Of a DNA stretch of 64,000 nucleotides, positions 51,036-64,000 are shown piece by piece. The notes under the pieces are model-generated. The model was not told where the DNA came from. It searched no databases and worked only from the letters and a program-made list of their open reading frames with translations. The stretch is from Azolla caroliniana. Taxonomy: Eukaryota; Plantae; Polypodiophyta. Positions within the stretch are counted from its first letter, which is position 1. Each line of letters starts with the position of its first letter. The stretch is from positions 9,362,001 through 9,426,000 of the forward strand of contig JBHGNT010000013.1 of NCBI GenBank assembly GCA_043228905.1, written 5' to 3'. A program made the position numbers and the translations under genes.

Positions 51036-52185
51036 ATGGCCTCTGTTAGCGCTGAAGAATATCAATCTGTTTTCTCGGAATTTCAATGCTTGAAAGAGAA
51101 GTTCCATGCTTTGGAACAAGAAAACCAACGGTTGCTGGGGGATCTTCAGCAAATCTCCTTAGAAAAGCATCAAACGCAACAACAGCATGGGGAACTTGCG
51201 TTACGCGTGCAACAACTCGAAGCAATCATCGTAGCGATGCAACAACAAGGGCCCGGAACACAAGGGATTCATAAAGAACCCAAGATTGGCCTTCCCACGA
51301 AGTTCGATGGAACGCGATCACAGTTTAGAGGGTTCCTTAACCAGGTACGATTAGTTATCCAAATGCATCCTTCCCGATATCCACCGATGCATCACGAGTG
51401 GGTTTAGTAGGCACTTTGTTAAGTGGCTCAATGTTGTCATGGTTCGCTCCACTATTAGAAAAGGAATCTCCGTTACTCAACAATTTTGAAGAGTTTCTAG
51501 GTGAGTTTAAAGCATGTTTCGGAGATACTGACAGCATCAGGACCGCAATCAACAAAATTCGGCGATTACGCCAAGGTGACCGTCCAGCCTCCGCATACGC
51601 TGCAGATTTTCGCCTACTCGCCTCGATATCCCTTGGGATGATCAAGCGTTGATGGAGCAATTCCGTTATGGTTTACGCAACGACGTCAAGGATTTACTCT
51701 TGACCTTCCCCGAAGAGCCAAAGTCCTTAACAGAAGCAATCAATCACGCGGTGAGATGTGACAACCGCCTCTTTGAGCAACGTTCGGAAAGACAGCTACA
51801 GATGTCGAGGCCAAGATCAGAGCCCACCTACGCCTCAGTGGTAGCAAGACCTTTTCCGAGGGAGTCATATAATGCGCCTCCAACGAATACTCCGACTTCG
51901 ATGGAGATTGACACTACACGTCGTCGAGGGCAATTATCCGAAGAAGAAAAGCAGCGATGCCGTACAAATCGACTATGTCTTTACTACGGTGGACCAGGAC
52001 ATATCGCAATAAATTGCCTCCATAGGCCAAGAAGACAGGTAAACCAAATAGTCGCTAGTTCTAATTGTACTAAACCCGAGCCTATTTCAGTAGGGATATT
52101 TGATAGTCCTAATAGTACTAATAGCCCAAATCTAGCAAACAAATTTGATGTCCTTAGTCAGTTAGAAGAAGAGTTAAACGACTAA
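51036..52185 (+). pseudogene. gag: Tcn1-like gag (frameshifted)
   Basis: PKIGLPTKFDGTRSQFRGF, LRQG, QFRYGL, knuckle LCLYYGGPGHIAINC. Confidence 0.88.
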
Positions 52186-52250
52186 GTTCAGCCAAAATAG
52201 GAGCCGTTTGGTTGGACAGCCCTAGATCTGTGCAGCCCATTAGTGGTTCC
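52173..52250 (+). promoter_or_regulatory. Candidate programmed -1 ribosomal frameshift signal (slippery heptamer plus pseudoknot)
   Basis: G_TTA_AAC at 52173-52179; 6-nt spacer; stem 52186-52196/52207-52217; loop GGAGCC pairs with GGTTCC at 52245-52250; the -1 frame runs into the protease ORF. Confidence 0.7.
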
Positions 52251-55200
52251 ATTCCCTCTAAGCAAGTTAGTGATGTGTTCGTAGCCCAAGTAATAGTTAG
52301 TACTAAAAGTACCCCTCCAGTACATGTCCTAACACTCCTAGATTCCGGAGCTAACTCTTGCTTTTTGGATAAGAAATTTGCTCAAGCTCATAAGATATCC
52401 CTAAGAAAACTCCAATGTCCAGCCTCTGTAGTAGTCATTGATGGACGTCCCATTGCTTCTGGAAATATCATAGAAGAGTCAGAGCCCATTAATATTGTCC
52501 TAGATAACTTAGCATGTGTTGTATCATTTAATATTATTAGTATCCCAGAACATCCTATAGTTTTAGGATTACCGTGGTTCGAGTTACATAACCCAGACAT
52601 AGATTGGAGAACAAGAGAAATCCGATGTCGACAAACCCAAGGGACAACTTAGAAGATGGCAACCATTTCGCTACGTCAGTTGCGTAAAGAAGGGCGCGAG
52701 GAGGAAATGTTCCTCTTTGCAATATCAGTAAACCCCTCCAGCACCACTAAAGAAGAATCCACCGTTCAACTTCCCGAGAAGTATCGTCATTACGCCGATG
52801 TGTTCGATAAAGTACAAGCCAACACACTTCCTCATCATCGATCGTACGATTGCCCCATCGATTTACAACCGGGAAAAGAGCCGCCATGGGGACCAATCTA
52901 CAATTTGTCACCAATCTACAATTTGTCACCAATCGAGCTGGAAGTCCTTCGGGCCTATATCGAGGAGAATTTGGAAAATGGTTTCATTCGAAATTTGAAA
53001 TCTCCAGCCGGCGCGCCCATTTTCTTCTTCAAGAAAAAAGATGGATCGCTTCGTCTCGTTGTAGATTACCGTGGCTTCAATAAGGTTACAATCAAGAATA
53101 GGTATGCTCTTCCCCTTATCTCAAGTCTTTTAGAACGGATCAATGGTGCCAGGTTCTTCACGAAGATCGACTTACGGGGAGCATATAACCTCGTACGGAT
53201 CCGACCAGGAGACGAATGGAAGACCGCGTTTCGCACCAGATATGGGCACTTCGAGTATACGGTCATGCCGTTCGGCCTCACTAATGCACCGGCAGTCTTC
53301 TAGCACATGGCTAATGATATATTCCGAGATCTATTGGATGATTGTTTGATTATCTATTTGGATGATCTACTGGTTTATTCAAAGACCCACGAAGAACATG
53401 ATTCTCATGTACTATTAGTACTAAAACGACTTCGAGAACATGGTCTGTATGCAAAGCTGGAAAAATGTAGTTTCGGGTGCAACCAAGTGGAATTTCTCGG
53501 CTACATCATTTCGTCAGAAGGCATCTCCATGGACCCAACTAAGGTCAAAACGGTGGTAGAATGGCAGACTCCGCATTCGGTGCGGGATGTGCAATGCTTC
53601 CTAGGCTTTGCCAATTTTTACCGAAAGTTCATACAAGATTACTCAAAGATCGTTCTACCTCTCACACAACTTACCAGGAAGGGACAACCGTTCATCTGGT
53701 CTGAAGAAACGGACATGGCTTTCGAGAGTCTTAAAAAGGCATTTACATCGGCTCCAATTCTAGCTCATGTCGATCCGGAAAAAGCATTCATTATCGAAGC
53801 TGACGCATCGGATTTTGCATTAGGGAGCATTCTGTCACAACAGGGGAATGATGAGAAGCTACATCCTGTGGCTTTTCACTCACGCAAGTTTGACGCCGCC
53901 GAAATTAACTACGAAATTCATGATAAGGAGCTATTGGCAATAGTGGATTCTTTTATGCAATGGAGGCATTTTCTGGAGGGATCCTCTCATCCAGTCACTG
54001 TATTTAGTGATCACAAGAATCTTGCCTACTTTCAGGATGCTCGTGTGTTGAATCGATGTCAACCTTGGTGGGCCCACTTCCTCACGCGTTTCGACTTCAA
54101 AATTACATATCGTCCGGGGAAGCACCAAGGGAAGGCAGATGCATTATCACGACGTTCGTATATAGCACCCCGTCCCGGCGAGCCAGCTTTCGATAACCAA
54201 AAACAAGCCATCTTGGGACCGGCACGACTACAAGCAACACAGATCTTTGACATGCCCATGGATTCCCGCGTTATCGATACCATACGTGAAGACTTGAAGA
54301 CAGATGCGTTCGCCCAAGCTATACTAGCATAAATTGATCCCTCTCGAGTGTAGTGTTCACAGTCGCAACCACCAGGTACGGACTATCGGCAATTCAAATA
54401 CCATGATGGATTACTCTTCTTTAAAGAACTTTTGTATGTTCCTAATGGTTCTTGCCGCCTTCGAGTAGTTCAAAACTGCCATGACACATATACAGCTGGG
54501 CATTTTGGTAGTACTAAAACATTACATTTAGTACAACGATCATTCTAGTGGCCCTGTATGTGACAATTTGTTGAGGATTTTGTTCGGACTTGTGATACAT
54601 GTTGCAGAGCGAAAATGCCAAGGCATCATCCATATGGTTTATTAGAACCATTACCAATTCCAAGCAAGCTGTGGCAATCCATTGCTCTAGACTTCATCAC
54701 AAATCTTCCAGTCTCTAAGGGGTTCAATGCGATTCTAACGGTGGTCGATCGATACACGAAGATGGCTCATTTCTTGCCATGTACTAAGGAGATCTCCAGT
54801 GAAGACACTGCCGAAATTGTCATGCATGAAGTATGTTGTCATCATGGACTTCCCGATAGTATCATCAGCGACCGTGGACCCCAGTTCGTGTCAAAATTCT
54901 GGAAGCACCTTTTTAACATGCTCAAGGTCTCTTGTAACCTCTCCTCTGGCTACCACCCATAAACCGACGGCCAAGCTGAACGAACAAATCAAACGTTGGA
55001 GCAGTATCTGCGGTGCTTTCTTAGTTATCATCAGGACGACTGGGTAGATATTCTCCACTTCACCGAATTTGCTTATAACAACTCTATCCACGCATTCAGT
55101 AAAGTTACGCCATTTTATGCTTATACAGGATGTCACCCCCGGTGGAGTGTACGTGCGCGGATGTCCACAAATACGTGCACGGAGGATCGTTTGGAGCGGT

Positions 55201-55773
55201 TACGCAAGATACAAGCGGATTTATCAACTCATCTCCAGCAAGCTCAACAAACACACAAGGTCTACGCGGATCGTCATCGACTTCCATCCAGTTTTAATAT
55301 CGGAGATCGGGTGTGGCTGCTACGACGACACATCAAGACTACTCGCCCATGTGAGAAGTTGGATTATTGGCGATTAGATCCTTTCCGTATTATTGGACAG
55401 ATTAATGATATCGCTTTTCGTCTCGATCTACCTCCTCAACTTCGGATACATCCGGTGTTTCATAGTTCTCTCCTTGAACCCTACCACGAGAGCACCATCC
55501 CAGGACGTCTTATCCAACCTCCACCCCCGATCGAGCTTGAAGATGGGCCGGAGTACGAGGTTGCCGCCATCCTTGATTCTAAGATTGTTCGCAACAAGCT
55601 CTACTATCTAGTCGACTGGCTAGGCTATAGTCCCAACGAACGTACTTGGGAACCGATCGAGAATGTGACCAATGCTCGTGCTCTTCTTGAAGACTTCCAT
55701 CGTCAATATCCACACAAACCGGGTCCTCAATCCAAGACGACTCGTGACACTCGTCGTTTTAAAGGGGGGATAG
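52180..55773 (+). pseudogene. pol: Tcn1-like pol: PR, RT, RH, INT, chromodomain (in-frame stops)
   Basis: LLDSGA; [13 protein letters not shown]; EADASD, NYEIHDKELLAI; LDFITNLP, SDRG; EYEVAAILDS..YYLVDWLGY..RTWEP. Confidence 0.92.
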
Positions 55774-58700
55774 TGTCATGATATGGCAAGACTCAAACCT
55801 ATGACCTTAGGTTATATGGGTCGAGCTCTTTACCATTAGACCATCTATTGTAATACGTAGGATATTATTTTCATTTACATTTTATTATAGGAAATTAGTG
55901 TATATTCCAGATTTCTCCGGAACATTCTAGAAACTTCAGGATTACTCCTGAAAACACTATAAAAGAGGGCACTAGGCATTATGTTGAACCAAATTGGTTC
56001 AAAGCTAGTCTTAAGCCTTTTACCCACCATTGTATATTCTCTTCATATAATACATATCTTTCTTATCATCACTCTCTCTCTCTCTCGATCTCTCTCTTTC
56101 TCTCCGTCTCGCTCACTCCTTCCTTCTCTCGAAGAAGTTCTACACCTCTCATAGTACTAATCCTTCGTTTAGTATTAATTCCTTCTTTGTCTCAGTACTG
56201 TTCCTGACAGTCGGCAAGAGTCTTGTCCTCCATGAAGATAATATCTCGGCTCCGGAAAACCTTCTTGTCAACCGGATCCCACACTCGGTAGCCGAACTCA
56301 TCATCGCCGTATCCGAGGAATATGCATGGCCGGGTCTTTGGATCCAACTTTCCTCTCCGGTCCTTAGCAACATGCACGTACGTGAGACACCCGAACACCT
56401 TCAAATGCCAGTAGGACACTTCCTTACCGGTCCACACCTTTTGCGACGTGTCTCCATCCAAGGGCACTGAAGGTGATATGTTTATCACATACGTTGTTGT
56501 TGATAGTGCCTCAGCCCAAAACGTCTTGGGTAGTTTAGCATGTGCTAGCATACTCCAGACCCTCTCCATTATGGTCTAGTTCATCCTCTCGACTAGCTCA
56601 TTTAGTTCCAGCGTCTTCGGCACAGTAAATTCGAGCCTGATTCCCTTCGAGCGGCAGTACTCCTCGAACTGCCCCCGGTATTCTCCTCCGTTATCTGCTC
56701 GAACCGCCTTCAGCTTCCATCTGGTTTCTCTTTCCACTCTTGCGTGGAGCTCCTTGAAGAGGGATAACACCTGATCCTTCGTCTTCAACCGTGTGGCCTA
56801 CAGCCTCCTGCTATGGTCATCTATGAACGTCACGAAGTACAGCGCTCCGGCATGGGACTTCGTGTCCACTTGACACACATCTGTATGCACCAACTCCAAT
56901 GGTGCATTACGTCTCATCGGTGGCCTTGATCGGAAAGAGGTCCGGTTTTGCTTACCGGCTAGGCAATGGGTGCACCTCTCAAGATGCACGTTCTTCACCG
57001 GAATGAGGTTGTCATCGACAAGCCTCTTCATCCCCTTCTCGCTCATGTGGCACAATCTCTTGTGCCACAGCTCACCGGCAGTGTCGGAAGCCACATTCAC
57101 TTCTTCTGGGCATAACCGGGCATTCATCAGGTACAACGTGTTGACCTTCCGGACCCGAGCCACTATCAGGCTCCCTTTGCTGAATTTCATGACTCCGTTC
57201 CGGATGCTACCCATGTAGCCTTCATCATCTAGCCGACCGGCTGATATCAGGTTCAGTCGAACCTCCGGAACGTGTCGGACGTCCTTCAGCAGCAGCTTGC
57301 ATCCGGTTGGTGTTGTCAACCACACGTCTCCTATGCCGACAATTCGGCATGTACCTTCATTCCCCCTCCGAACACAACCGTGATCACCGGTTGTGTAGGA
57401 TGAGAAGTATTTACAGCCCGGGGTAAGGTGGAACAACGCTCCGGAATCAACGACCCACGTTGTCTCGTCGTCGGCAAGGTTCAACTCACTCTCCTCAGTG
57501 ATGAGCATCAACTCTTCTTCACTTGCTACGATTGTCGTCGTTCCCCTCCGGTCTTTACCGTTCCGGTCCGGTGTCCGCTTCGAATCGGTACCATCGGTTT
57601 CCTTGTCTTTTCGGAAGTGCCGAAAGTTCTTTTGGAAGTGTCCCGGCTTGCCGCAATAGAAGCAGGTAGGCCTCGCCCTTGACTTTGACCGTGTCCCCGA
57701 CTTTTTCCGGTTCTGGGGATTATAGTTACTTTGTCTTCCGCGTTCCAATTCGGTAATGAGCGCTTTGGAATCGGAGTTTGTATCCTTGTCTTTCTGACGC
57801 GCCTCCTCATCTAGCAAGCTCGACTTCACTCTTGCTAGGGATAACTGTTTCCCTTCCGGTCCGGCATTGCCCAAAGTGACAACCAATGTCTCCCAGCTAT
57901 TTGGGAGGGAACCAAGCAGGAGCAGTGCTAGTACCTCATTGGCGAGAGGTACTTCCAATGATGTTGCCCGGTGGATCAGCCCCTGGAAGGCATTCATGTG
58001 CTCCGCCATGCTGGAACCGTCTTGGTACCAGAGTCTTACTAGCTTCCGAAATACTGAAACCTAATTAACAGCATTTTTGTTCTGAAACATAATGTCGATC
58101 TTCTCCTAGAGCTCATGAGCCTTGCTCTCTTCATTGAAGTTGTTGTATAGACTCAAGTCGATGAAGCACCGTATGTACGCCGTTGTCTTCATGTGCATCA
58201 CCTCCCATATCGCGGCATCGATTTTGTCTAGTCTCTTGTCCCCGAACTGAACCGGCAACCAAAGATCTTTAACCATGAGCATGTCCCTCATCTTTGACTT
58301 CCACACTTAGTAATTGGAGACGGTGAGCTTGAACATGCCTCCCAACAAATCATCCATTTTTTTGTGTCGTTTCGGTCTGATACCAATTTGACGTGAAATA
58401 CGCGGATTAATCTCCGGCCACAACCGGAAGCGTAGATCACTTAATGACAATCAAGACACAAACGAAATGGGAATGGAGGTAAGTACACAAAACAAAAAGA
58501 GAATACACAGGATATTAACGTGGAAAACCCTAAGAGGGAAAAACCACAGGAGTCCACAGACTCCAAACTATCACTCTGTAAAAGAATACAACATGGAGCA
58601 CAGAGGCAACGACCTCTTGCTCACAATCTTTGCCTAGCGGCGGTTACAACAGAGACACAATCTTTGTATATCGCTCTCTCTCTCTCTCTCTTACGCACTG

Positions 58701-59799
58701 TACAGAAGTTACACCAATAACTCTATCCTCATGCCTATTAAGTTTGCCCTAGGTCATATTTATACTAATATGACTTTCGGGCTATTTACAAATATAGCCC
58801 TAGTGGACTCTCTGGAACATATTTACATATATGTCCCTTCCATCCGATGAGAGGTTCTCACCGGGCCTGCAACATCCGGTTCTCACTGGGTCTTCCTTGC
58901 TGGGTACTCGTCATCCGGTTCTCACCGGGTCTTCCGTTGCCGGGTACTCCACATCCGGATTCGTCCTCGGCCGAGTTGCTCATCAACATTGTTTTTCTCA
59001 ATTCCCATCCGGAGGGACCTGTTTCCTAACAGACTCTTCACCCGAGCGAATGTTGCTCCACTATCGAACACCTTAGTCTCCATCCTTGATGATGTTATTT
59101 AGGGTTTCCCAAGAATCACCAAATGGGAAGCTAAATCTTGTACAAAAAAGTGTTCGTCGATCTCTACATCCCCGATTGTGACTTGAATGTTGGGACATGC
59201 TCCACAAAGATCTTCCGTTGCCTTCGTCGTTGCACGAATCTTCCATCCATGGTTCATGTTGATAGGCCATCTTCCCTTCTTATAAAAATCCGTCGACATG
59301 AGGTTAATCTCTTATTTGTGGTCTATAAGAGCCACAACCGTCTCTTTCTTCTCTCCAATCTTCACCAGAGTTTCCGTTGTCGCTCTCACCCAATGGGGTC
59401 GTGTATAATGATTGTCCACTAGATCTTCTTCTTTCTCTTCCGTTCTTGCCATAGTTATGGCATTGGTTTTCACCTTTGTCGAAACTCCCTCCTCCTCATC
59501 CGTTTGTTGTCTTTTGGGTGAAAGCATGCGAGTGGAAACAATTAGCTATGTCCTTGACATAGCTAATTAGCAATGCAAAAAGCTACCATTGATAAATTAG
59601 CTATGCAAAAAGCTACCATTGAAAATAGTAGAGATTTTTAATTATATAAATGAACACCATAAATTTGCAAGATAAACGTGCAACATAAATTGATATATGC
59701 ACCATAAATTATATACCGAATTCCTAGGTCCATTATGCATGATCCTTTGCCACATCACGTGGGCCATCTTTGGTTGAGTATTCTGGCTTAGATTACTAC

Positions 59800-60830
59800 C
59801 ATTGTTCCTAGACCTTATTGAGTCCACTCCTCCATTGCCGCCATTCTACACTCAGGTATCGGCACTATGTGGTCCAAGTATCATTTGCCACTGTTCGATC
59901 CGACGGAGTGCACTCCTCCATTGCCGCCATTCTACACTCAGTTGTCGCCATTGTTCAGTCCAAGCATCATCTGCCAAGTTCACTCCTCCATTGCCGTCAC
60001 TCTACACTTAGTTGCCAGTACTGTGAAGGTCATATATTGCTACCACTTTTCGATCCGATGGAGTTCTCCTTCTCCACTACCTCCATTCTACTCTCAGTTG
60101 CCATCACTATGCGTTCCAAGCATCATCTACCATTGTTCGATCTGACAGAGTTCACTCCTCCATTGCCATCATTCTACACTCAGTTGCCGGTACTATTCGG
60201 TCCTGGATTGCTTCCAATTTTCGATTTGACGGAGTTCACTTATCAATTGCCATCACTCTACACTTAGTTGCCACTACTGTTCAGTCGTGTATTGCTGCTA
60301 CTTTTGATCTGAGGGAGTTCACTCCTTCTCCACTGCCTCCATTGTACTCTCAGTTTCCATCACTGTGCATTCCAAGCATCATTTGACACTGTTCGATCTG
60401 ACGGAGTTCACTCCTCCATTGCCATCATTCTACACTTAGTTGTCGCTACTGTTCGGTGGTGGATTGCTGCCACTTTTCGATTTGATGGAGTTCACTCATC
60501 CATTGCCATCATTCTACACTTAGTTGCCGCTATTGTTCGGTCGTGTATTGCTGCCACTTTTCGATCCGAAGGAGTTCACTTCTTCTCCACTACTGCCATT
60601 CTACTCTCAGTTGTCATCATTGTGTGTTCCAAGCATCATCTGCCACTATTCGATCCGATAGAATTCACTCCTCCATTTCCATCATTCTACACTCAGTTGC
60701 CACCATTGTTCGGTCCTGGATTGTCAAAACTGTTCGATCAAACGGAGTTCACTACTCCACTGCCGCCATTCTACACTTAGTTGCCGCCACTATTCGGCCC
60801 TGGATTACTGCCACTATTCGAACTTGGATT
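59800..60830 (+). repeat. Subterminal tandem array of ~70-bp units in copy 2
   Basis: Repeated ttcgatctgacggagttcactcctccattgccatcattctacact(c/t)agttgcc; a shorter version of the array lies at ~10780-11120 in copy 1. Confidence 0.85.
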
Positions 60831-61713
60831 TGAATAACTATTTTTTCTATTGATTATCTTGTGTATTGTTGTGTATAATCTTGTGTATTGCGGAATATTT
60901 TTGTGTATTGTTGTTGCCCATAGCCATCTTTAATACATGTCTTTTTTTCAGGAAAATTAGGGTTTAAACCCGTCGAGCCAAATGGAAGGGGAAGGAGGGT
61001 GTTTAGAATTACCCCTCAATGATCATCAGGATAGGGATGACGTTATCGGGACACAACAAGTGATACGAAAGTATTGGGTAGAAAAAAAAGAAAACAACAA
61101 TTGTTGAAGGACACGAAAGTCACACTCACTAAAGGTAAAGATAGTATTGGTTGCGATATAGGTCTAAATGTCACTGAGAATAGAAGTAATGAGACTACTA
61201 TCATAGAGAGAAAGGTTGTAGACTATTTCAATGTTCAAACCAAGCACATCAGCAATGAAGACAAGAAGGTAGTACTTTATGGAATATTAAATGATCCATC
61301 GATAAAGGAGTTAGTTGATTGTGATGGTCTTAATGCAAACATAATAGTTTTGTATCCATGAGCAGGTCAGAAGATGATCTTGTCATAAAAAGTTCTAGTC
61401 TAATGATGTTACTTAATAGTGATGTTGACGATATTAACATCAGTGTGCTATCTAAGGTAATTGGTGAACTAGTAGAAAAAGTGTGTACAATACATTGAAC
61501 CATATAGTTTCCTTGGGTGAAGGAACTAGTCTGCTAAAGCTAACAACAAGATGTAACCCAATGACACCCATAACATCATAAATCAAGGATATAATCACAA
61601 TATTTTGGACTAATGAGAGTAGGGTTTCACCCAATAAGAAGGATTTATGCAGGAAACGTGTTGGAAGGAGTCAATACGAGGAGCATCCCATTGATCTTCT
61701 TGATGTACCTCAG

Positions 61714-63240
61714 GTATTTACATTTATCTCAACATTTGTTTTGACTTTTGAGCTTAGTTAGTTAGCTTATTAGCTACCTCCAAATATGACCATACCCGAA
61801 TAGCTAATTACCTACTTCAAAATATGACCATAGCTAACTAGCTACCAGTAATAGCTAATTAGCTACCAGAATTGCTAATCCCCTATTGGAATAGTTATTG
61901 TACTAAACTATGGTAGTAGCTAATTAGCTACCATTTAGCTAATTACCTACTGTATTAAACTATGGTAGTAGTTAATTAGCTACCACTTAGCTAATTAGCT
62001 ACTCAGCTAAAGAATGGTAGTAGCTAATTAGCTACCATTTAGCTAATTAGCTATTGTATTAAACTATGGTAGTAGCTAATTAGCTACTCAGCTAAAGAAT
62101 GGTAGTAGCTAATTAGCTACTTAGCTAAAGTATGGTAGTAGCTAATTAGCGACTCAGCTAAAGTATGGTACCACTTAGCTAATTAGCTACTCAGCTAAAG
62201 TATGGTAGTAGCTAATTAGCTACCACTTAGCTAATTAGCTATTGTACTAAACTATGGTAGTAGCTAATTAGCTACCACTTAGCTAATTAACTACTCAGCT
62301 AAAGTATGGTAGTAGCTAATTAGCTACTCAGCTAAAGTATGGTAGTAGCTAATTAGCTACTCAGCTAAAGTATGGTAGTACCTAATTAACTACCACTTAG
62401 CTAATTAGCTACTGTACTAAACTATGGTAGAAGCTAATTGGCTACTCAGCTAAAGTATGGTAGTAGTTAATTAGCTACTGTACTAAACTATTTAGCTACC
62501 ACTTAGCTAATTACCTATTGTACTAAACCATGGTAGTAGCTAATTAGCTACCATTTAGCTAATTAGTTGTTGTATTAAATTATGGTAGTACCTAACTAGC
62601 TACCACTTAGCTAATTAGCTACCACTTAGATTATTAGCTATTGTACTAAACTATTTAGCTACCACTTAGCTAATTACCTACTATACTAAACTATGGTAGT
62701 GGCTAATTAGCTACCATTTGGCTAATTAGCTACCATTTAGCTAATTAGCTACTATATTAAACTATGGTAGTGGCTAATTAGCTATTATATTAAACTATGG
62801 TAGTAGCTGATTAGCTACCACTTAGCTTATTAGCTACTATACTAAACTATGGTAGTAGCTAATAAGCTACCACTTAGCTAATTAGCTACTGTACTAAACT
62901 ATGGTAGTAGTTAATTAGCTATTGTATTAAACTATGGTAGTAGCTTATTAGCTACCACTTAGCTTATTAGCTATTGTACTAAACTATGGTAGTAGCTAAT
63001 AAGCTACCACTTAGCTAATTAGCTACTGTACTAAACTATGGTAGTAGCTAATTAGCTATTGTATTAAACTATGGTAGTAGCTTATTAGCTACCACTTAGC
63101 TTATTAGCTACTATACTAAACTATGGTAGTAGCTAATAAGCTACCACTTAGCTAATTAGCTACTGTACTAAACTATGGTAGTAGCTAATTAGCTACCACT
63201 TAGCCATAGAGCTAATCAGTATGTCCATTTTATTAAGCAG
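61714..63240 (+). repeat. Copy-2 transposase intron filled with AGCTAATTAGCT minisatellite
   Basis: Same intron position (CCTCAG|GTATTT...AAGCAG|GTCGAT); 1527 bp versus 992 bp in copy 1. Confidence 0.9.
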
Positions 63241-64000
63241 GTCGATTTATTTATTAGGTTCAGGCAAATGCATCCAAATATCAAAGTTTAATTACGAACA
63301 TTCAAGTCTCTTAAGCCACACTTTGTGAGATGCTTGAACAATCGATACACATGTTGTTGCATTTACCATGTACAAATGGGTTTTCTCAAGGACTCTGTTA
63401 ATCTACTACGTCACCATAGCGCCTCCCTAACAAATGCAGTTTGCACTTGTGAGTGCCCAATTTGTCGATCGAGCCCGCATGAGCATTGTAAATCCTCTGA
63501 GCATATTATCTCTTCCATGAGTTGTCTTTTAGATTCAGTATTGTGTCTGAGAGAAACTTAGGCCAGCTTCCACAGTCATAAATGTGTCATAGGTTTTTGT
63601 CTAGATTGTGTCCAAATGAATTGAGTAGTGAAATATTAATCTATGTCAAGTTATTCGAGTCAGTTGACACCAATTTCGAAGGAAAGGTGTGTAAAAAAAA
63701 GGATTTAGTTAGGAAGTCGCTTAAACCAAGGGATTTGGCGTCTCTATTTGTAGTATCACTAGGAAAGTTCATTAAACACAACTTCATTTATTCATGGCAA
63801 GCCCATCAGTTTAAGACTTGCATATCTGATTTTCCAAATGATGTAGTAGTCTCAATAGTAGATTTCGTAAAGAATTATACTTTCAAGCAGCAGAATGAAA
63901 TTCAATCTATGCATTGGTTTTTAGCGTAGGTAACCATTTTTGTGCACATAACATATTTTCGAGTTTCAGGTGATGTTAAAAAAGTAGTTCATATTTTTAT

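Larger units (their letters stand above)
50526..56209 (+). mobile_element. Full-length Tcn1-like chromovirus inserted in copia E
   Basis: 436-bp LTRs 50526-50961 and 55774-56209 with few differences; TSD GTCGG; PPT AAAGGGGGGATAG; no tRNA-type PBS. Confidence 0.93.
48063..59031 (-). mobile_element. Full-length decayed Ty1/copia element E (Tnt1-like)
   Basis: LTRs 48063-48677 and 58389-59031; TSD GACTC; PBS TGGTATCAGACC; PPT GAAGGGGGAG. gag-PR-INT 56192-58357; RT SLYGLKQAPRQW, YVDD; RH CDSQSAI..KHI. Confidence 0.93.
40080..59515 (-). mobile_element. Ty3/gypsy element of the LPQGATNS RT type (Phygy/Selgy-like), interrupted three times; 3' LTR 40080-41480
   Basis: LTR TGTCGTGA...TCACGACA; PPT GGTGGGGTGGA; INT 41564-43060; RT QDLQPVNK..LPQGATNS..PFLDG (46296-47591); PR VVALIDH at ~59312-59345; cut by the TIR at 59516. 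Confidence 0.85.
59516..64000 (+). mobile_element. Sola2-like DNA transposon, copy 2 (left part; continues beyond the window)
   Basis: Same TIR GGGTGAAAGCATGCGAGTGGAAACA and the same subterminal hairpin. Homologous transposase exons (~60982-61713 and 63241 onward, VDFVKNYTFKQQNEIQSMHW). Confidence 0.92.

Noticed and set aside
52893-52934. [12 protein letters not shown] repeat as a functional RT feature
   Set aside because: Simple 18-bp in-frame duplication in a dead copy.
59802-60833. Short ORFs with repeated PPLPPFYTQL / HCRHSTL motifs (also 10759-10947)
   Set aside because: By-products of the subterminal tandem array.

Overview
Eukaryotic (land-plant-type, probably non-seed plant such as a fern; inferred from the element clades) heterochromatin made almost entirely of nested, decayed transposons. 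No host genes, rRNA, intact tRNA genes or CRISPR arrays are visible. It contains several Ty3/gypsy and Ty1/copia LTR elements, many with readable LTR/PBS/PPT/TSD. The main find is a 12.3-kb cut-and-paste DNA transposon (10433-22694; 25-bp GGG...CCC TIRs, TTTG TSD), with a second copy starting at 59516. It encodes an intron-containing Sola2-like DDD transposase and, convergently, spliced cargo with a RING-like Cys/His domain and a degenerate FCP1/NIF-like HAD phosphatase domain. Its introns are filled with arrays of the AGCTAATTAGCT palindrome that also sits beside its TIRs. Other points of interest: an unclassified ACAC...GTGT foldback element (43064-46257, relative ending at 1976); a Tcn1-like chromovirus with Tf1-type self-priming and a -1 frameshift pseudoknot; tRNA-like A/B-box modules inside two unrelated LTRs; and a gypsy group with a tRNA-Trp-like PBS and 4-bp ACGT TSDs. 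Family names come from motif recognition only, not from database searches.
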